The translations under genes and the position numbers were made by a program. DNA of 62,970 bases, counting the filler, from Intoshia linei (Eukaryota; Animalia; Orthonectida), in the NCBI GenBank assembly GCA_001642005.1. It is 12 parts of 12 records of this genome, joined end to end, with 100 filler letters (N's around TTAATTAATTAA, not from the genome) between each part and the next. Parts side by side here need not be neighbours in the genome. Positions count along the whole stretch, not along the records: positions 17,513 to 44,382 come from LWCA01000460.1; 11 more parts are not named here. The stretch is one strand, 5' to 3'. The notes beneath the pieces were generated by a model. That model had not been told where the DNA came from, did no database searches, and was given only the letters and a program-made list of their open reading frames with translations. Shown here one piece after another: positions 25,760 to 39,218 of this stretch (position 1 is the first letter of the stretch; every line of letters starts with the position of its first letter).

Positions 25760-28172
25760 ATGACAATATTGAGAAATTTATTAAAAGCTCGTGTGAACGC
25801 TAAATCTTTTAGTCTGATGTTATCTTGTAAGTCAGAAATTGAAATTAAAAATGTACTGGAAATGGGTTTGGAAAATTCAAGTTCTGTTTTGGTCAACGAA
25901 TTTGTAGATCAAATAAAACCACGGTTCAATGAAAAATCCAATAATATTGCTGCCTATGCTCGGGATTCAACCAATATACAACGATTAGTCGATATGGGTG
26001 TGAATGTTTCTCAATTTGATCATAAATATCCAAAAATTTCAGAGTACCTTATTAAGCAAGATTTTGATACAGCCATCGGCAGCAAGTTGGATTTTTTAAC
26101 TTCGTTAAATATTAAAAAGGACGAATTGCCTATTATTTTGAACAAAAACCCTTTTATTTATAATCAAAGTGTTAGAAATATGAAAGTTCGTGTTTTATAT
26201 TTTTTATCTAAAAAATTCACTAAAAATGACATTTTATTGATAACCTCCAAGGAACCAAGAATTCTAAATATGGAATTAACTGAAATTGATGAGCGACTTG
26301 GATTTATCCAAAAATCGTTGCGATTGAAAGGTAATTTATATCAATTTATTTTTATTTCTTTTAAGCCGTACACATTAGACAGGCTGTTGTCAGGTATCCC
26401 AAAATACTTCTTTGTAGAAAGGAAAATATTCAAGTACATTTCAATGTTTATTTAATTTTATTTATGTCATTAGAAAACTACCTCAATGTTGGCAGATGTC
26501 ATTAAATTTAACGATAGTCAAGTCAAAATGTTTTTTAAAAATGATCCTAAATTGTTTAATTACGGTAATTGTAGAATATATACTAATTTCGTACTGTCTT
26601 ATCGCAATCTGTGTTTTGGTCATAAAAATGCACCTTTTTGAGGTTAAAATAAATATCATCCTTTACTTAAATAAATATGAATGTGTGTAACCATTTATTG
26701 AAAACATTGACAGTCTCAAGATTAAAAAAACCCAATTTTCCCTTTTATTTAAAAACAAATCAGACCAAAAGTTTAATAAAACATACATTCTAGGACGCGT
26801 TTTAAAATCATTAACATTGTCGTTAATCTCAGCCACAAAAACATCTTCAAAACCCCATATCACCCTTTGTTTTAAAAATGAAACATGTCCTAAAATTTTT
26901 TTAAACATAAATTCTGGGATAGTTTTTAAAATTCTAGACATTATTATAAATGGAAACCTCAAAAAAATAATTTTCACGATCAAAACACCACATGACCATT
27001 TTTTTTAAAATGAAAAGTCCTAGAATTTAAAAAAAATTACAGATGGTACAGTTGTATACTGTTAAAATACAAAAATTTTCAATTTGAATAAGTGACACCT
27101 TCACGGTCAAAATAGTATTATTTAATATTCATTTTTTTTTACTTCGAAACTATTTTATATAAACAAAAAATTTGAAATAATTAATGGTCCTACAAATAAG
27201 AAAAAAATTATTCTGATAGAGCAAATGTTAACAAAATAAAATTAAAATGGAATTATTCACTTTAAATTAAAAGGTAATGTGATGTGACGGGTCCACCTGA
27301 AACAAATTTGAGAACCACTCCTTTAAAGGGTTGATAATAATAAATAGTATCATTTTCTAATTGAATTTATATTTTTGGTAGAATAAAAATGTTCTCTCGG
27401 TAGAGCTAGATGCTGTTTGTACGTAGTACATAACAGCAAACTAGTTTTATATATAAGTAAATGATCGTGTTTGAATTAATTATCAGATTATTATTGAATC
27501 GATCGACTTTACTAATAGTATTTTAGATCCAAATGCTGCTCTGAAATCCTATACTTATTTAACTACTGAAATGAATCTCTCAAATGATCAAATTGTAAAA
27601 TTTTCCATTTGCTTACGGAAAAGAGCCAATAAAACGACTCAAAGATTTTTATTTGTAAAATCTTTATTCGAAACAATTAAATTTACCAATGAAAATGATT
27701 TGCGAATCTTAAATCATAAAACTATCAAACAGCTCATATTAAATGATAAAAATTCAGAAATATCTAAACCAGTTACAGGTATTACATAAGTACATTCTTG
27801 CATATTTTATGATATATTCAGATAAACTTGTCAGTTTTTTTAAACGGAATTTAAAATGGGTAATTGGAATAAAACATTAAGTTGGTAAAATGACTCAGTT
27901 GAAAATTTTTAAATTTTAAACTTTGAAAAAATCAATATTAACCGTTTATCTTCGCCAGTGACATGTAAATGTCAAGTTGGGCATGTTTGGCAATACATTT
28001 GAATATAATATTTTATTTTCCTATATCATATTTAGATGAATCACAATTAAAAACTGAGAAAAATGTAAAATTTCACTTGTCTGATTTTTTTAATACAACT
28101 GATTTAATTTTTTGTAAATATATTTTGAAATGTGATCCAGTGGTATACACAAATTTTGTTAAAACTCTGTAA
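25760..28172 (+). CDS. MTERF3: Mitochondrial transcription termination factor family protein (MTERF3-like), ~5 exons
   Basis: N-terminal presequence-like segment; NIAAYARDSTNIQRLVDMGVNVS; mTERF repeats (ILNKNPFIY, ITSKEPRIL, RLGFIQK); C-terminal LSDFFNTTDLIFC...YTNFVKTL. Exons ~25760-26330, 26366-26433, 26474-26564, 27527-27778, 28035-28172. Confidence 0.85.
26659..27444 (+). mobile_element. Complete 786-bp non-autonomous Helitron in MTERF3 intron
   Basis: A|TC 5' end; 3' hairpin GCTGTT-TGTAC-GTA-GTACA-T-AACAGC (27412-27437) followed by AAA-CTAG|T; no TSD; many homologous copies in the window. Confidence 0.85.
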
Positions 28173-28245
28173 ATAAAATATTACAACAATTTGTTTGGTT
28201 TATGTACAATTACTTTATATTTTATCAAAAATCGATGTCTTAAGG

Positions 28246-29098
28246 CAAGGATGGGCAACATACGGCCCGCGAGGAGTTTAGATCCGGCCCGAAATAATTT
28301 TTATTATAAAAATTATTTTTTAATTTAAAATTCTAAATTGTACATTATAATTACAATTCATTAAGAGATTCAAAATTTACATAGTAACATATTTTATCGT
28401 CCTTAAATCAGCAAGGCAATTAAAAAGAGAAAAGTGGACTCTGAATGCAGAATTTTCCAAAAATTATGGGAATTAGAATATTATTTCATGGAACACTACA
28501 ACAAACCTGTTTGTGTAATTTGCCAAGAAAATGTTGCTGTTAATAAAGTGAATAACATCAAGCTTCATTATGAAAGCAAACATAAATTTTCTCCCTGAGA
28601 CTTCGGGTTTTCAAATTCAACTCAGGGCTCAGGGTTAAGTGATATTTCTCAGGGTAATTTAATTATTTCAATCAAAATCATCAGATAAGACATATTTTAT
28701 TTATATTGGATGAATAAGCGAATGTATTTCATGTATAAGATGTGTAAACTGTTATTTTTTGAAAAAGAGACCCCAAAGTAAAAAAGGGGCCCCAAAAAAA
28801 TAACACGCTTCGCTTAAAAATTCGGGTTGAGAATAAAGAACATTTAAAAAATAAAGACATTTCAATTACTCTAAAAAACTTTCATTGTATAATTTATCAA
28901 GAAGCATTATGTCGAAAAAATCGATGAAACTTAACGATATAATAACATTTGTCATAAAAACTGTAAATTTTACTTTGTCCAATAAAAATTTAAAATAAAT
29001 ATATTCAAACCAAAAATTCTTAAAATGTATTTGTCCGGCCCACTCATCTATTTTATATAACAATCTGGCCCGCTATGACAGAAAGTAACCCATCCCTG
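28246..29098 (+). mobile_element. Internally deleted hAT element (SPIN/GTF2IRD2-like)
   Basis: TSD TCTTAAGG/TCTTAGGG; TIRs CAAGGATGGGCAAC / GTAACCCATCCCTG; GGCCCG subterminal repeats; encodes RKVDSECRIFQKLWELEYYF...PVCVIC...NIKLHYESKH. Confidence 0.88.
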
Positions 29099-29484
29099 TC
29101 TTAGGGTATAAACTTTTTTATGATCACTTGATCAGAATGAAACAATTGTAGATTTTCGTTCGTTTTTGTGTTTATAATTTGCCTATCCTGCGATACGAAA
29201 ATTTTCGTATTATTCGACAATGTTATAACTAAAAAATTAGAATCATATTGAATGTGATAATATTCTGAAATATTCGTTATAAATATTTTTAATTCATCTA
29301 ATTTTGCATTGTACATATATAAATCATTTAAGGATACGATACATATTTTGTTAGTGCCATCAATTTCTATTGCTTGATAAACTTCAAAACTTTACTTACA
29401 TAACCAAGATATATTTTATTCAATCGCCCTTAATTCATATAATTTATTATATGATCCAATCTTTTCAAATTTGTTTTTCAGATA

Positions 29485-30820
29485 TTCCCAGATATACAGG
29501 CTGAAATGATTAGAAATATGATCAATGAAGGTTTAATGGAACCCAGTCACAGCCAATTTAGATCGCCCCATTTCATGAAACAAAAGAAAAATGGAACATA
29601 CAGATTTTTAAATGATTTTAGTAAATTAAATGAATTAACTATTAGAGACACATACCCTCCTGCCAACCAGCAATTAATTATTAATGATACATGTGGGAAG
29701 AAAATATTTTCAACTTTGGATTTTAAGTCGGGTTATTGGCAAATACGAATTAAACACACTAATAATCATAAGACGGCTTTCTCGTGTGGCCTAAGAAACA
29801 GGGTATTTCAATTTAGTGTAATGCCTATGGGTTTAACGAATGCATCGGACACATTCCAAAGAGTAATAGACCGATTGCTAAAAGATATTCCAAACGCTTC
29901 AGCTTACATCGATGATATCATTGTGGCTTCAAATATGGCTATCAATGGAGGATCTAAATAAACCTTTTACTCTCGAAACAAACGCCTCAAACGTTGCATT
30001 TGGAGCGGTGTTAAAACAAAAAGATCATCCAATATATTACGCAAGTAACATCCTGAATGGGGCATTATTGAACTACTCTACGATTGAAAAGGAATTAGCA
30101 GCTATTAATTAGGCAGCCAAAAAGTTTAAATATTATCTGTTGGGAAAAAAGAAACGGTGTATACAAATCACAAACCGCTAACCTATTTGTTCAAAACAAA
30201 AAATTTAACAAAAAGGCAGTTTCGTCTAATTAATAAATTGCAAGATTTTGATTTGGAAATCCTATACAAACCAGGAAAGTTTAATCATATAGCAGACGCA
30301 TTATTCAGATACACGAAAAATTTTTCAATGGCAATTACAAAGAAAATCGATGAACCCACTAGTAATGAACAATCAAACGATGCCGAAATATATGAAGCAA
30401 TACAGCATTTACTGACGGATAGGAAGATTCCAAAAGGAAATTATCTCAACAAATTAAGCAAACGACTTTCAGTGCAAAACAACAAATTGTATCTGCGACG
30501 AAAAAGATATATAGTGCCAATCGTATCTAAAGGAATTATTGAAAAAAAATCGAACAACTACATTTGAACCCGCTTTACTGTCATCCAGGGATGAACAAAA
30601 TGTATCATATTCTGCGTAAAGAAATGAACAGTCGCAACATGGTCAACTTAATCAAGAAATTTATGACCAAATGTAAACATGTAACACACAGAAGGTTCGT
30701 AATCGTGGTAGAGACGCCCTATTAAAACCTGTCAAAATCTCCAAGTTCAACGAACTATGGCAAATCGACATTATGGGTCCACTCCCAACCTCAGCTAACG
30801 GAAACAAATATCTAATAAAT
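29485..30820 (+). mobile_element. Ty3/gypsy pol relic (RT, RNase H, integrase start)
   Basis: LDFKSGYWQI, MPMGLTNA, YIDD; FTLETNASNVAFGAVL, NYSTIEKELAAI, TNHKPL; HPGM, WQIDIMGPLP. Deletion between RT and RNase H. Confidence 0.92.
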
Positions 30821-30962
30821 ATTTCTATAATCTAAAATCTAAACACATAATCTACGTACGGTACATGTACGATGACACATAAATATATATATTACTAGCT
30901 ATTAATCTCAATTTTATTAACTGTAAATAAATCCTAACTTATATATACAATAATATATGTAA

Positions 30963-32694
30963 CTAACTTGACTGTTATGTACTACGTACAAACAGCATCT
31001 AGCTATGCCGACGGCACATTTTTATTATACCAATAAAATAAATTCATGTTGAAAATCCTACTATTCACTATTATCAATCCTTTAAAGGAGTGGTTCCCAA
31101 ATTTGTTTCAGGTGGAATCATTATATCACATTACTTTTTACTTTAAAGTGAATTATTCCATCTTAATTTTTTGTTTAACATTTGCGTAAAAAATTTTAAA
31201 AACAATTGTTATCCCATTTTTTAATTTATTAGACAGAATGTGTGTATAATATTAAAAATAAAGTAAAAACAGTCCAATCCTAAAAATTGTCATAAATAGC
31301 ATAAACTCCAGAAAAAATAAAATTATAAAAACCTATTTTGTCATTGTCAATGTGATGATATATATACAGTGCAAATTTAATAAATACTTAAAAATACCAA
31401 TTATGTATCAATACTTAACGGAATCTTCACTTTATAAACATATTTCAGGTGAATTTTACCAATATCGCAAAAGATTGTATTAAATATAAAAATGATATTA
31501 ACAAAGTTGTATTACTTTTAGTTTCGTAGTTGTAGTTTCATTTGAAACAAAATGTTTTGAAAATAATAATTTGAAATTTAAAAATTGCATAGCAATGAAA
31601 AAAATTCCGAAGGAATGAATAATATAGATTTTCACCCATAGATAGATTTTATATAGTTTATTTTCATATGGATATTCGTAACATCCACAAAATTGCTCAT
31701 CTTTACTCGTGATTATTTAATGTTTACTCAAAAAAACGTGTTTTTGGAGACAGTTTAATAGAAATTCATCTTACGATTTAAAAAAAAATGTATTTTTATG
31801 TTTAGAAATTTGTTATTAAATTGGTACATTTTTGTATTACACATTAGTTTTCTTGTCTTCTGAATATCATATTGACTTTATCCGATATGGATCTATAGGT
31901 ATTGAGAAAAATAGATGGCTCTGTTTTAATTTCTTTTAAAACTAATTGTATATTTGTAACTAAACTAATTCGAGTGTTAGCCCTATGACGTATATTATTC
32001 AGACGTCATTTTATCACGCTGAATAAGTTTTCAATAAGATTCAAGTCAGGACTATAGGGTGGTGAGAATATTTGTTCTACATTTTCTCTTCTCAAGAAAG
32101 AAATAAGCTCTATCAGAATAATCTTCTTTTTTTAATTTTCGGACAGTTAATTAATTCACATTTTTTGTTTCTATAAAATATTTCGGAAAAAAAAATATGT
32201 GAATACTAAAATGCTTTTTTGACCGTGAGTCGTCACTTATTCGGATTGAAATTTTTTATGTGTGTTAACAGGATACAACTGTACCTACCTGTAAATTTTT
32301 TGAAATTCTAGGGCTGTTTTCATAAAAAAAGAAGGGTAATTTTGTAAATTTTTTGAAATTCTAAGGCTGTTTTCATTAAAAAAAAAAGGGTAATTTGTGG
32401 TTTTGGCCCTGAAAATATAATTTTTTTAAATTTAAATTTATCGTAATGTTTATGATTTTAAAATCCGTATCAGCGTATATATTTTTTTAAATTCTTCAAC
32501 TGGTTTGATTTTTAAAAGGACAACTGGGGTTTTTGACCCGTAAGATGTAAAATTGGGAGGTTGAAATTTATCTTATTATATGTCCCGGAAAAAACTGTTA
32601 TTGAAATGTGGACTTTATAAAATTCTAAGACTGGTAGTTATTCCAATAAAGTGCACACAAACAAAAATCGCGTAGCATATTATATAAGTTAAGA
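30963..32694 (-). mobile_element. Helitron-like element with ~0.9 kb of unrelated internal sequence
   Basis: 5' A|TCTTAACTTATATAA at 32694; 30963-31185 closely matches the reverse complement of 27220-27444, including the hairpin. Confidence 0.65.
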
Positions 32695-33641
32695 TATATG
32701 TTTATTATGCGTACCATGTATTCATTATTTCAAATGGATCAATTTTGTAATTCAAGTTTAAATAGTTTAGATTTAGGACCTACATTGTAGGTTGATAACC
32801 AATTGTAAATACATGTATGTCAATAGTTTTGGTGCAGTGTATTTGAATTATTCCTACCAGATTTAAATGGATTTTTACCAGTTTTATTGGTCATATATTG
32901 GTAACAACTATTCGACTAAAACTCCCTTTATTCCTTAAATAATAAAATAATAATTTTTTTTCAGGGTTGTAAAAGGGAGTCAATTATTTTACATTAATTA
33001 ATAATTTGGTTAAATTAAAAGTAACTCGTTAAATATTAAAATATGAATTTAAGAAGGCCTGCGTAACAAAAATGTAAAATTTTTATTTATAGAGTAAACT
33101 CGAAGTTACCAATACAGAATATTAAAGTACTTGTAATAATCAATTGTTAAACTAGATTGTTGATATTGACTCAATTACATTACATTTATGCTTTGGAAAA
33201 AAGTGTAGATATTAGAAGTGTATACTTAATTAATATTAATACATTTCAGAGGAAGAACAAAACACAACATGTAGTTTGATTGATCGGTTAATATTAACTT
33301 TGATTTTAGAGGCGCATACTATAATGATATTTTTTAACTGAAAGAAACATGAATTGTGACAATGAGTTATGAATAATATATTAATTAATGTAGTATGAAG
33401 AATCAAAAAGTTATAAAGACTAAAAGGTATTTTTAATAATTCAGGTCATTAGCATTGTTTGAAATTGGGATTGTGTAGACTGTAAAAAATTAATTTCAAT
33501 TTTAACAATAGATATTCAACATCCTAAACTAACACATTTCATTTAATTTATAATTAATTACAATCAACAAAACTGGGTCAATAAATTATCATGCTCCAAA
33601 TTAGATGAACATTACTATTATACATTTAAAACTTTAGAGAC

Positions 33642-36600
33642 ATGGAAAGTGAATATTTATGTCCTAACCCTCCTCAAAAATTGCAAACAATTCGCAATAT
33701 TTTTAAGCGAAAATTGAAAATTATAAAATGCAAAATAGACACACAGGAAAGTTATTTCTATGATTATGAAAAATTGCATGAACTGCCAGAAGATAAACGA
33801 ATAAATCACAAAAATGTAACACTTACAAATTATGGTAATTTGTTGAAAGCTCTTTTGATTGTTACAAACAGTCAGCATGTTGAAAACTTTAAACAATTGA
33901 AAGAACTTATTATTCAATATAGTCTTAAAAATAGAAATAGAAAAAATGGTATCATTGATTCTTCAGACTTGTCCAATTTGTCAGATTCGTTCAGTGAACC
34001 GGTTTTCAAATTACCCAGGATAAACGATTCCGAATTTAATTTTGATAAAATTGTCCATTTAGGAATTAAAAATAAGTATGAATTGATAGAAAAATGTCAC
34101 AATTTTACAGATACAATTGATTCAATTATTCCAGGTAGAATGGTGGATATTGGACAGAAAATTAATATACTTTTGGCGTACATGAGTCGATTTTGTTCCA
34201 GTTTACAATCCATTCTAATAACCTCGCAAATAAATAATGATAATCAGGATCAATGTGCCACCAACCCGGAAGACATGTCATCTGTTGTTACTACCTATAC
34301 AAATCAGTGTGATCGCGATTACTCGAAAATTAATATGCACGTGTCCGAATCTAGCCAAATCATGGAAAAGTTTATTTTTGGTAAATTAAACGGCAACTAT
34401 TTTGAAGAAGATGGAAGAGACACATATTTTAAATTTAATTCATCTTTTTCACACATTTTGGCAACCTTTCCAGAAGTCGCGTATCGACTTCGTCATTCAG
34501 TCAGTCTTTTGGAAAGGTGGATAGAGGAGGACAAGAATTATGTGGATTATTTAAATAACGACTTGAAAAAATTAAAATTTTTTGTTGAGCATGATAAAAA
34601 TCTGATGAATCACGTTAATTCAAAGTGCGTCATGAAGTTGTATAGAATTTCTAAATTTCAAAAAAGTATTGCAACTTTGATTCAAGCAGAAAAACGTTAT
34701 CATATGCTCAAGGAAGACATTAATGAAATCGAAGAAGATAGAAAAGTCATTGAATTTGACATGGAACTTAATAAACATCGACTGAAAAGCATGTTACAAC
34801 AAAAAAAGAGTATTCAACTTACCGGTACTAAATCCCAACTTTCTCTAAGTCGGTATTTTTTACATAAATTACAGTATTTCCATATTTCGGGTAGATGGGC
34901 CTAGGACAGTGATGGCATAAATATGACACGAGTGTCACTAGTGACTGGTCACTGAGTTTCTGAGATTAACATTTATTATATTTTCTGCTCGGAAAAAGCT
35001 TTTTAATTCTATAGGACCTAAACTATACCATAAGTTTTATTCAAATCTTCTAAAAAAGTTTTCATTTTGTTGTACAGTGTAAGTAAAAACGATGAAACTC
35101 AGACTGAGTAGTACGGATTTGAGTATGGCATGATTGTTACTGTAAATTTAGATTGACAAATTTAATTAATATGATCAAAATAATAAATATGATTAATCAA
35201 TTGACATATAATAATACATTACAGTACATTGTACTATTATATCATTCTATTATACCTGCTTGTCTATGTTGTCTATTCACAATTTTTTGGAGTTTTTTAT
35301 TTCTTTACGGCTGTAATCCAATCGCTCATTCTCACAATTGTTAATCAGACCACTCAATATGCATATATTCTTCAACATAATCATAAACAGGACTGCGACA
35401 TTCAATAGTACCTTTAGAGTTAGTATAAAGGATTTCTTTCAATTTTGTCAATATTTCCTTGATGGGTGCATTATTATACGCGTTATTAATGTCGCAAAGA
35501 AATGAGCAATACAATTTAAAATAATAATAACCAAATACATGTTTTTCATTTTTATAAAGTATAAATAAATAAGTATAACATTTATAGTATAAATGATAAT
35601 TAATTCAAATATGTACATTGTACAATGTACATTATGGCTATTCTAATTTTGACATTTAAATAAGACATATATAGATAAAAATCTCCATTTAATTTGCTGC
35701 AGAATGATATATTTTTTTTATTTTCGTCATAAAAAACCTTCACGTCCTTACCTTTTTCTGTTTTCCTAACATTTTACTCATAAACATAACAATAATAAAA
35801 AAATATGCCAACATTTTTTCCCGTAGTTACATTGTATTTGTTATGATTTTAAGATATAACATAGATCATGTGACACTAATCATATTAATTGAAAAAAATC
35901 AATAAAAAATCGTTTATTTTAGACTCAATTCATGGACAAACTTTTCATTTTTAAAAAAATTATATAATTTCTATTTTTTACATAAGTAAATTTTAATTTA
36001 ACAAACTTTAACAATAAAGTCCTGTATGAAGCAATCTGGAAGATTATAAATTGTAAAAGTTAAAGAATTCGAATAATTTATTATTTAAATTATCAACTTA
36101 TATATAAAGTTCAGTTCTCATAGTGATTATATCACTACACCTTCCTATTTAAAGGGTTAGGTAATCTTTGAGAAATGATGCCTTTTTTGTTGCCTTAATG
36201 ACCTTTTTGGGTCAAATTTTGATGTTTGAGGATTGTGAGGAATGAAGTTTGTGATATGATTTGAGTTATATTTTCAGCACGCTTATCGTGGTTGCATTTC
36301 ATACGCTCTAAATATTTATTTAAATGTATTGAGTGTGCAGCCTCGTTGAACCTTGGACAATTGGTATTAGTCAGTTCAATTGAAGCCAGCTGATTTCTTT
36401 CACTAGTAGACAATTTTATACTTACCATAATGTTATTTAAGGCCAGATCCCATTCGTTTTCATTCTTGCAATTAATCTTAATTTTTCGCGTATAGTATAC
36501 GATTAATTCTCTATTTTTATTATACTACTTAAAATTTGTTACTAACTCAATTTTTTTAGATTTTATTAACAATTTAATTTTTCGAATTCTAGCTATTTAC

Positions 36601-39035
36601 ATTATTTAAATTGTATTCAAAGCATCTCAAAAAAATTAAAATTACAAAAAAATAAACTGTATAACTTAACATGGAGAACAATATTATAAAGTTGGTACCA
36701 CGTTTAACAGCTCAAACGCCAATTTGTGTTAAAATAAAGTTCAGTTTTAATTTTGTAATAGATAGTATATATAAAGAAAACTTTAAATGGTCAGACTATC
36801 TTCAATATTCGTTTGAAATGCATTAATATTTTGGAAATATCATTTTTTTTATACTTGATCACTATTATACCTCAGGATGTTCAAAAATATAATTTTTCAT
36901 TTTTTTGAGACACCTTAATGTACATTATATAAAGCTGGTATCCTTTACCTTATATAAAATCGAATGTCTGTATGTTACCGTTTATTTAAAAAAATAACAA
37001 TCGTAGAAATTAAATTAGCCAATTACTAATACAATTTTTTCCAGAGCGTGTTTATATCTATTTTTCAGTTTCAGAATTTTAGTCCTTTATGATCAAAAAC
37101 CCAATTTTCCCTTATGTTTAAAAATAAAATGAACCCAAAAATTTAATAAAACACACACTGTAGGAGGCGTTTTAAAATCATTGTCGTAAATCTCAGCCTA
37201 TGAAACGCATACTTTCATGGTCACAAATTACCCTTTGTTTGAAAAATAAAACATGTACTAAAATTTTATAAAACATAAACTCTTGGATAGTTTTTAAAAT
37301 CATAAACTAATGATAATAAATTATAATAAATGACAATCTTAAAAAAGTGAATTTTCACAATCAAAACCACAGATTACCTTATTATAAAAAAAATTACAAG
37401 GATAGTTATATCCAGTGAACACACATATAAAATTTCAATCTGACAAAGTGACGCCTTAACTATCAAAAAAGCACTTTAGTATTCATGTTTTTTTATTTCG
37501 AAACTTTTTTATAAAAACAAAATTTTATCATAATTAACGGCCTTAAAATTAATAAAAAAAGATTATTCTGATAAATCTTATTTCAGTTTACATATTTACG
37601 AAATTTTAACCCCCATAAATCTACGCATTCTCGCCGAGAATTACACTAAAAAATAATTTTTAATATATTATCAACCAATATTTTTCAAATGTTTGGATTA
37701 AAATTAAAAATGAGAAAGTAAATATTTATTCTACAATTTAAAAAAAAATATACACTGATATTAAACACTTATACTTATATACTTATATATTATTTATTTA
37801 TTATATATTATTATATTTTATTATTATTATTATATTATATATTAATTATACTTATATTAAAACACTGATAGAGGTTAAACTACAATAGTGTAATTAATTT
37901 TAATTTTAATTGGAATAAAATGATCGTGTTTATTTTTTCTTTTAAAGATACCTGTATTTATAAAACTTGTAAAAATTTTAGAACTCTCAGCATATTTCCT
38001 TCATCAGACATGGGAAATACCATATCTAGCATGTGTATAAACAAACCAACAATAATAGAAAACGATAAAATCGAAAAAAGCAGAGCATTACACTTGATAA
38101 ACATACAAGTTGAAACAATGAATGATATCAATTCAAATTTGACAAAAAAGTATATAGAAATAAACAAAAAATTTCATCACAAACAGGTGCAACTTAAAAG
38201 AGAGAAAAAAGATTACAAAAAACTGGAAATTTTACGCAATAAATTATGTAATGAACAAAATTCATTAAATGTATTAGAAAATGAAAAATTACAACAATGT
38301 GCCAATTTTTCTAAATCAACGAAGCAGTACCTTTCTACAAAAACCATTATATTCTACAAAAATTCTCAACAAGTGCTCAAAAGAATTTATCTACGGAAAC
38401 CGATTGTATTTACAAAATATGACCCAAAATTCCGTAACATTTTAATGCACATGTAATATAAACTTTTATAAATTAAATTTAGCCGATAATTTGGACAAGG
38501 CAATCAACATTACAGCAGAATCACTCAATTTAAATTGGAAAAAGTTGTATGAAAAACTTCCATTTCGAGGGAATCGTGGAGATATGATTATAGATAATGA
38601 TTTAATAAATATTTATAACAAGAAAGAAATGTGTAAAAACTTAATTCAATGTTGTCTGGAATATTGGCGAAACGTCAATAGAGGAGTCAATGTTGATGAT
38701 TTAAAAATTGGGTTGAAAGGTAATTTACATCATTTTAAAGGGTAAATTCGTAATATATTTGTATTAATAATTTAGTTTTGAAAAGAAACGATATAATTGA
38801 AAAATTTAACAAAAATCCGCAAGAAAAAATTATCCGTAGAAAGAAATCAAATGATAAATTGACAAACATTTATCAAAGCCATTTTTATCAAGACAATGAC
38901 AACAAATATTTAAAATTAAATAACTTGTACAATGAAAAAAAAATTGATTTGAATGAGACTGAATCCATTGACATGACTCCGTATTTGAAAATGATTGAAA
39001 CTTTTGATGCTCTCAGAGCTATAGGAAAAATATAA
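33642..39035 (+). CDS. Uncharacterised coiled-coil protein with C-terminal death domain, ~4 exons
   Basis: ~395-codon first exon; long intron ~34825-37947; exons ~37948-38433, 38482-38719, 38776-39035; death-fold pattern AESLNLNWKKLYEKL...CLEYWRNVN...VDDLKIGLK...KRNDIIE. Confidence 0.72.
36941..37740 (+). mobile_element. Helitron-like family copy (3' end lost)
   Basis: A|TCCTTTACCTTATATAAA start; colinear with 26659-27220 and 4400-4750. Confidence 0.65.
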
Positions 39036-39218
39036 TTTTTTAAACGCTACAAATAATTCAAAAGGTTGAAAAAAATGTAAAAACCAAAAATATTCATATA
39101 ATTAACTTATTAAATAAATTATTATCAACATCGATAAACTGTTATTCAAACTCTTTTCGCTTGCAGTACATTATCAAGATGATAAAAATTTCGTGGTAAT
39201 TAAAAAATTTTGGTAAAA

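Noticed and set aside
26663-27008. Overlapping 106-aa and 63-aa ORFs in the MTERF3 intron
   Set aside because: They lie in a non-coding Helitron-like repeat and are not conserved among copies
36195-36480. Antisense ORF within the death-domain gene intron
   Set aside because: NEWDLALNNI resembles a decayed retroelement integrase fragment; too weak to call and not evidence of a nested gene
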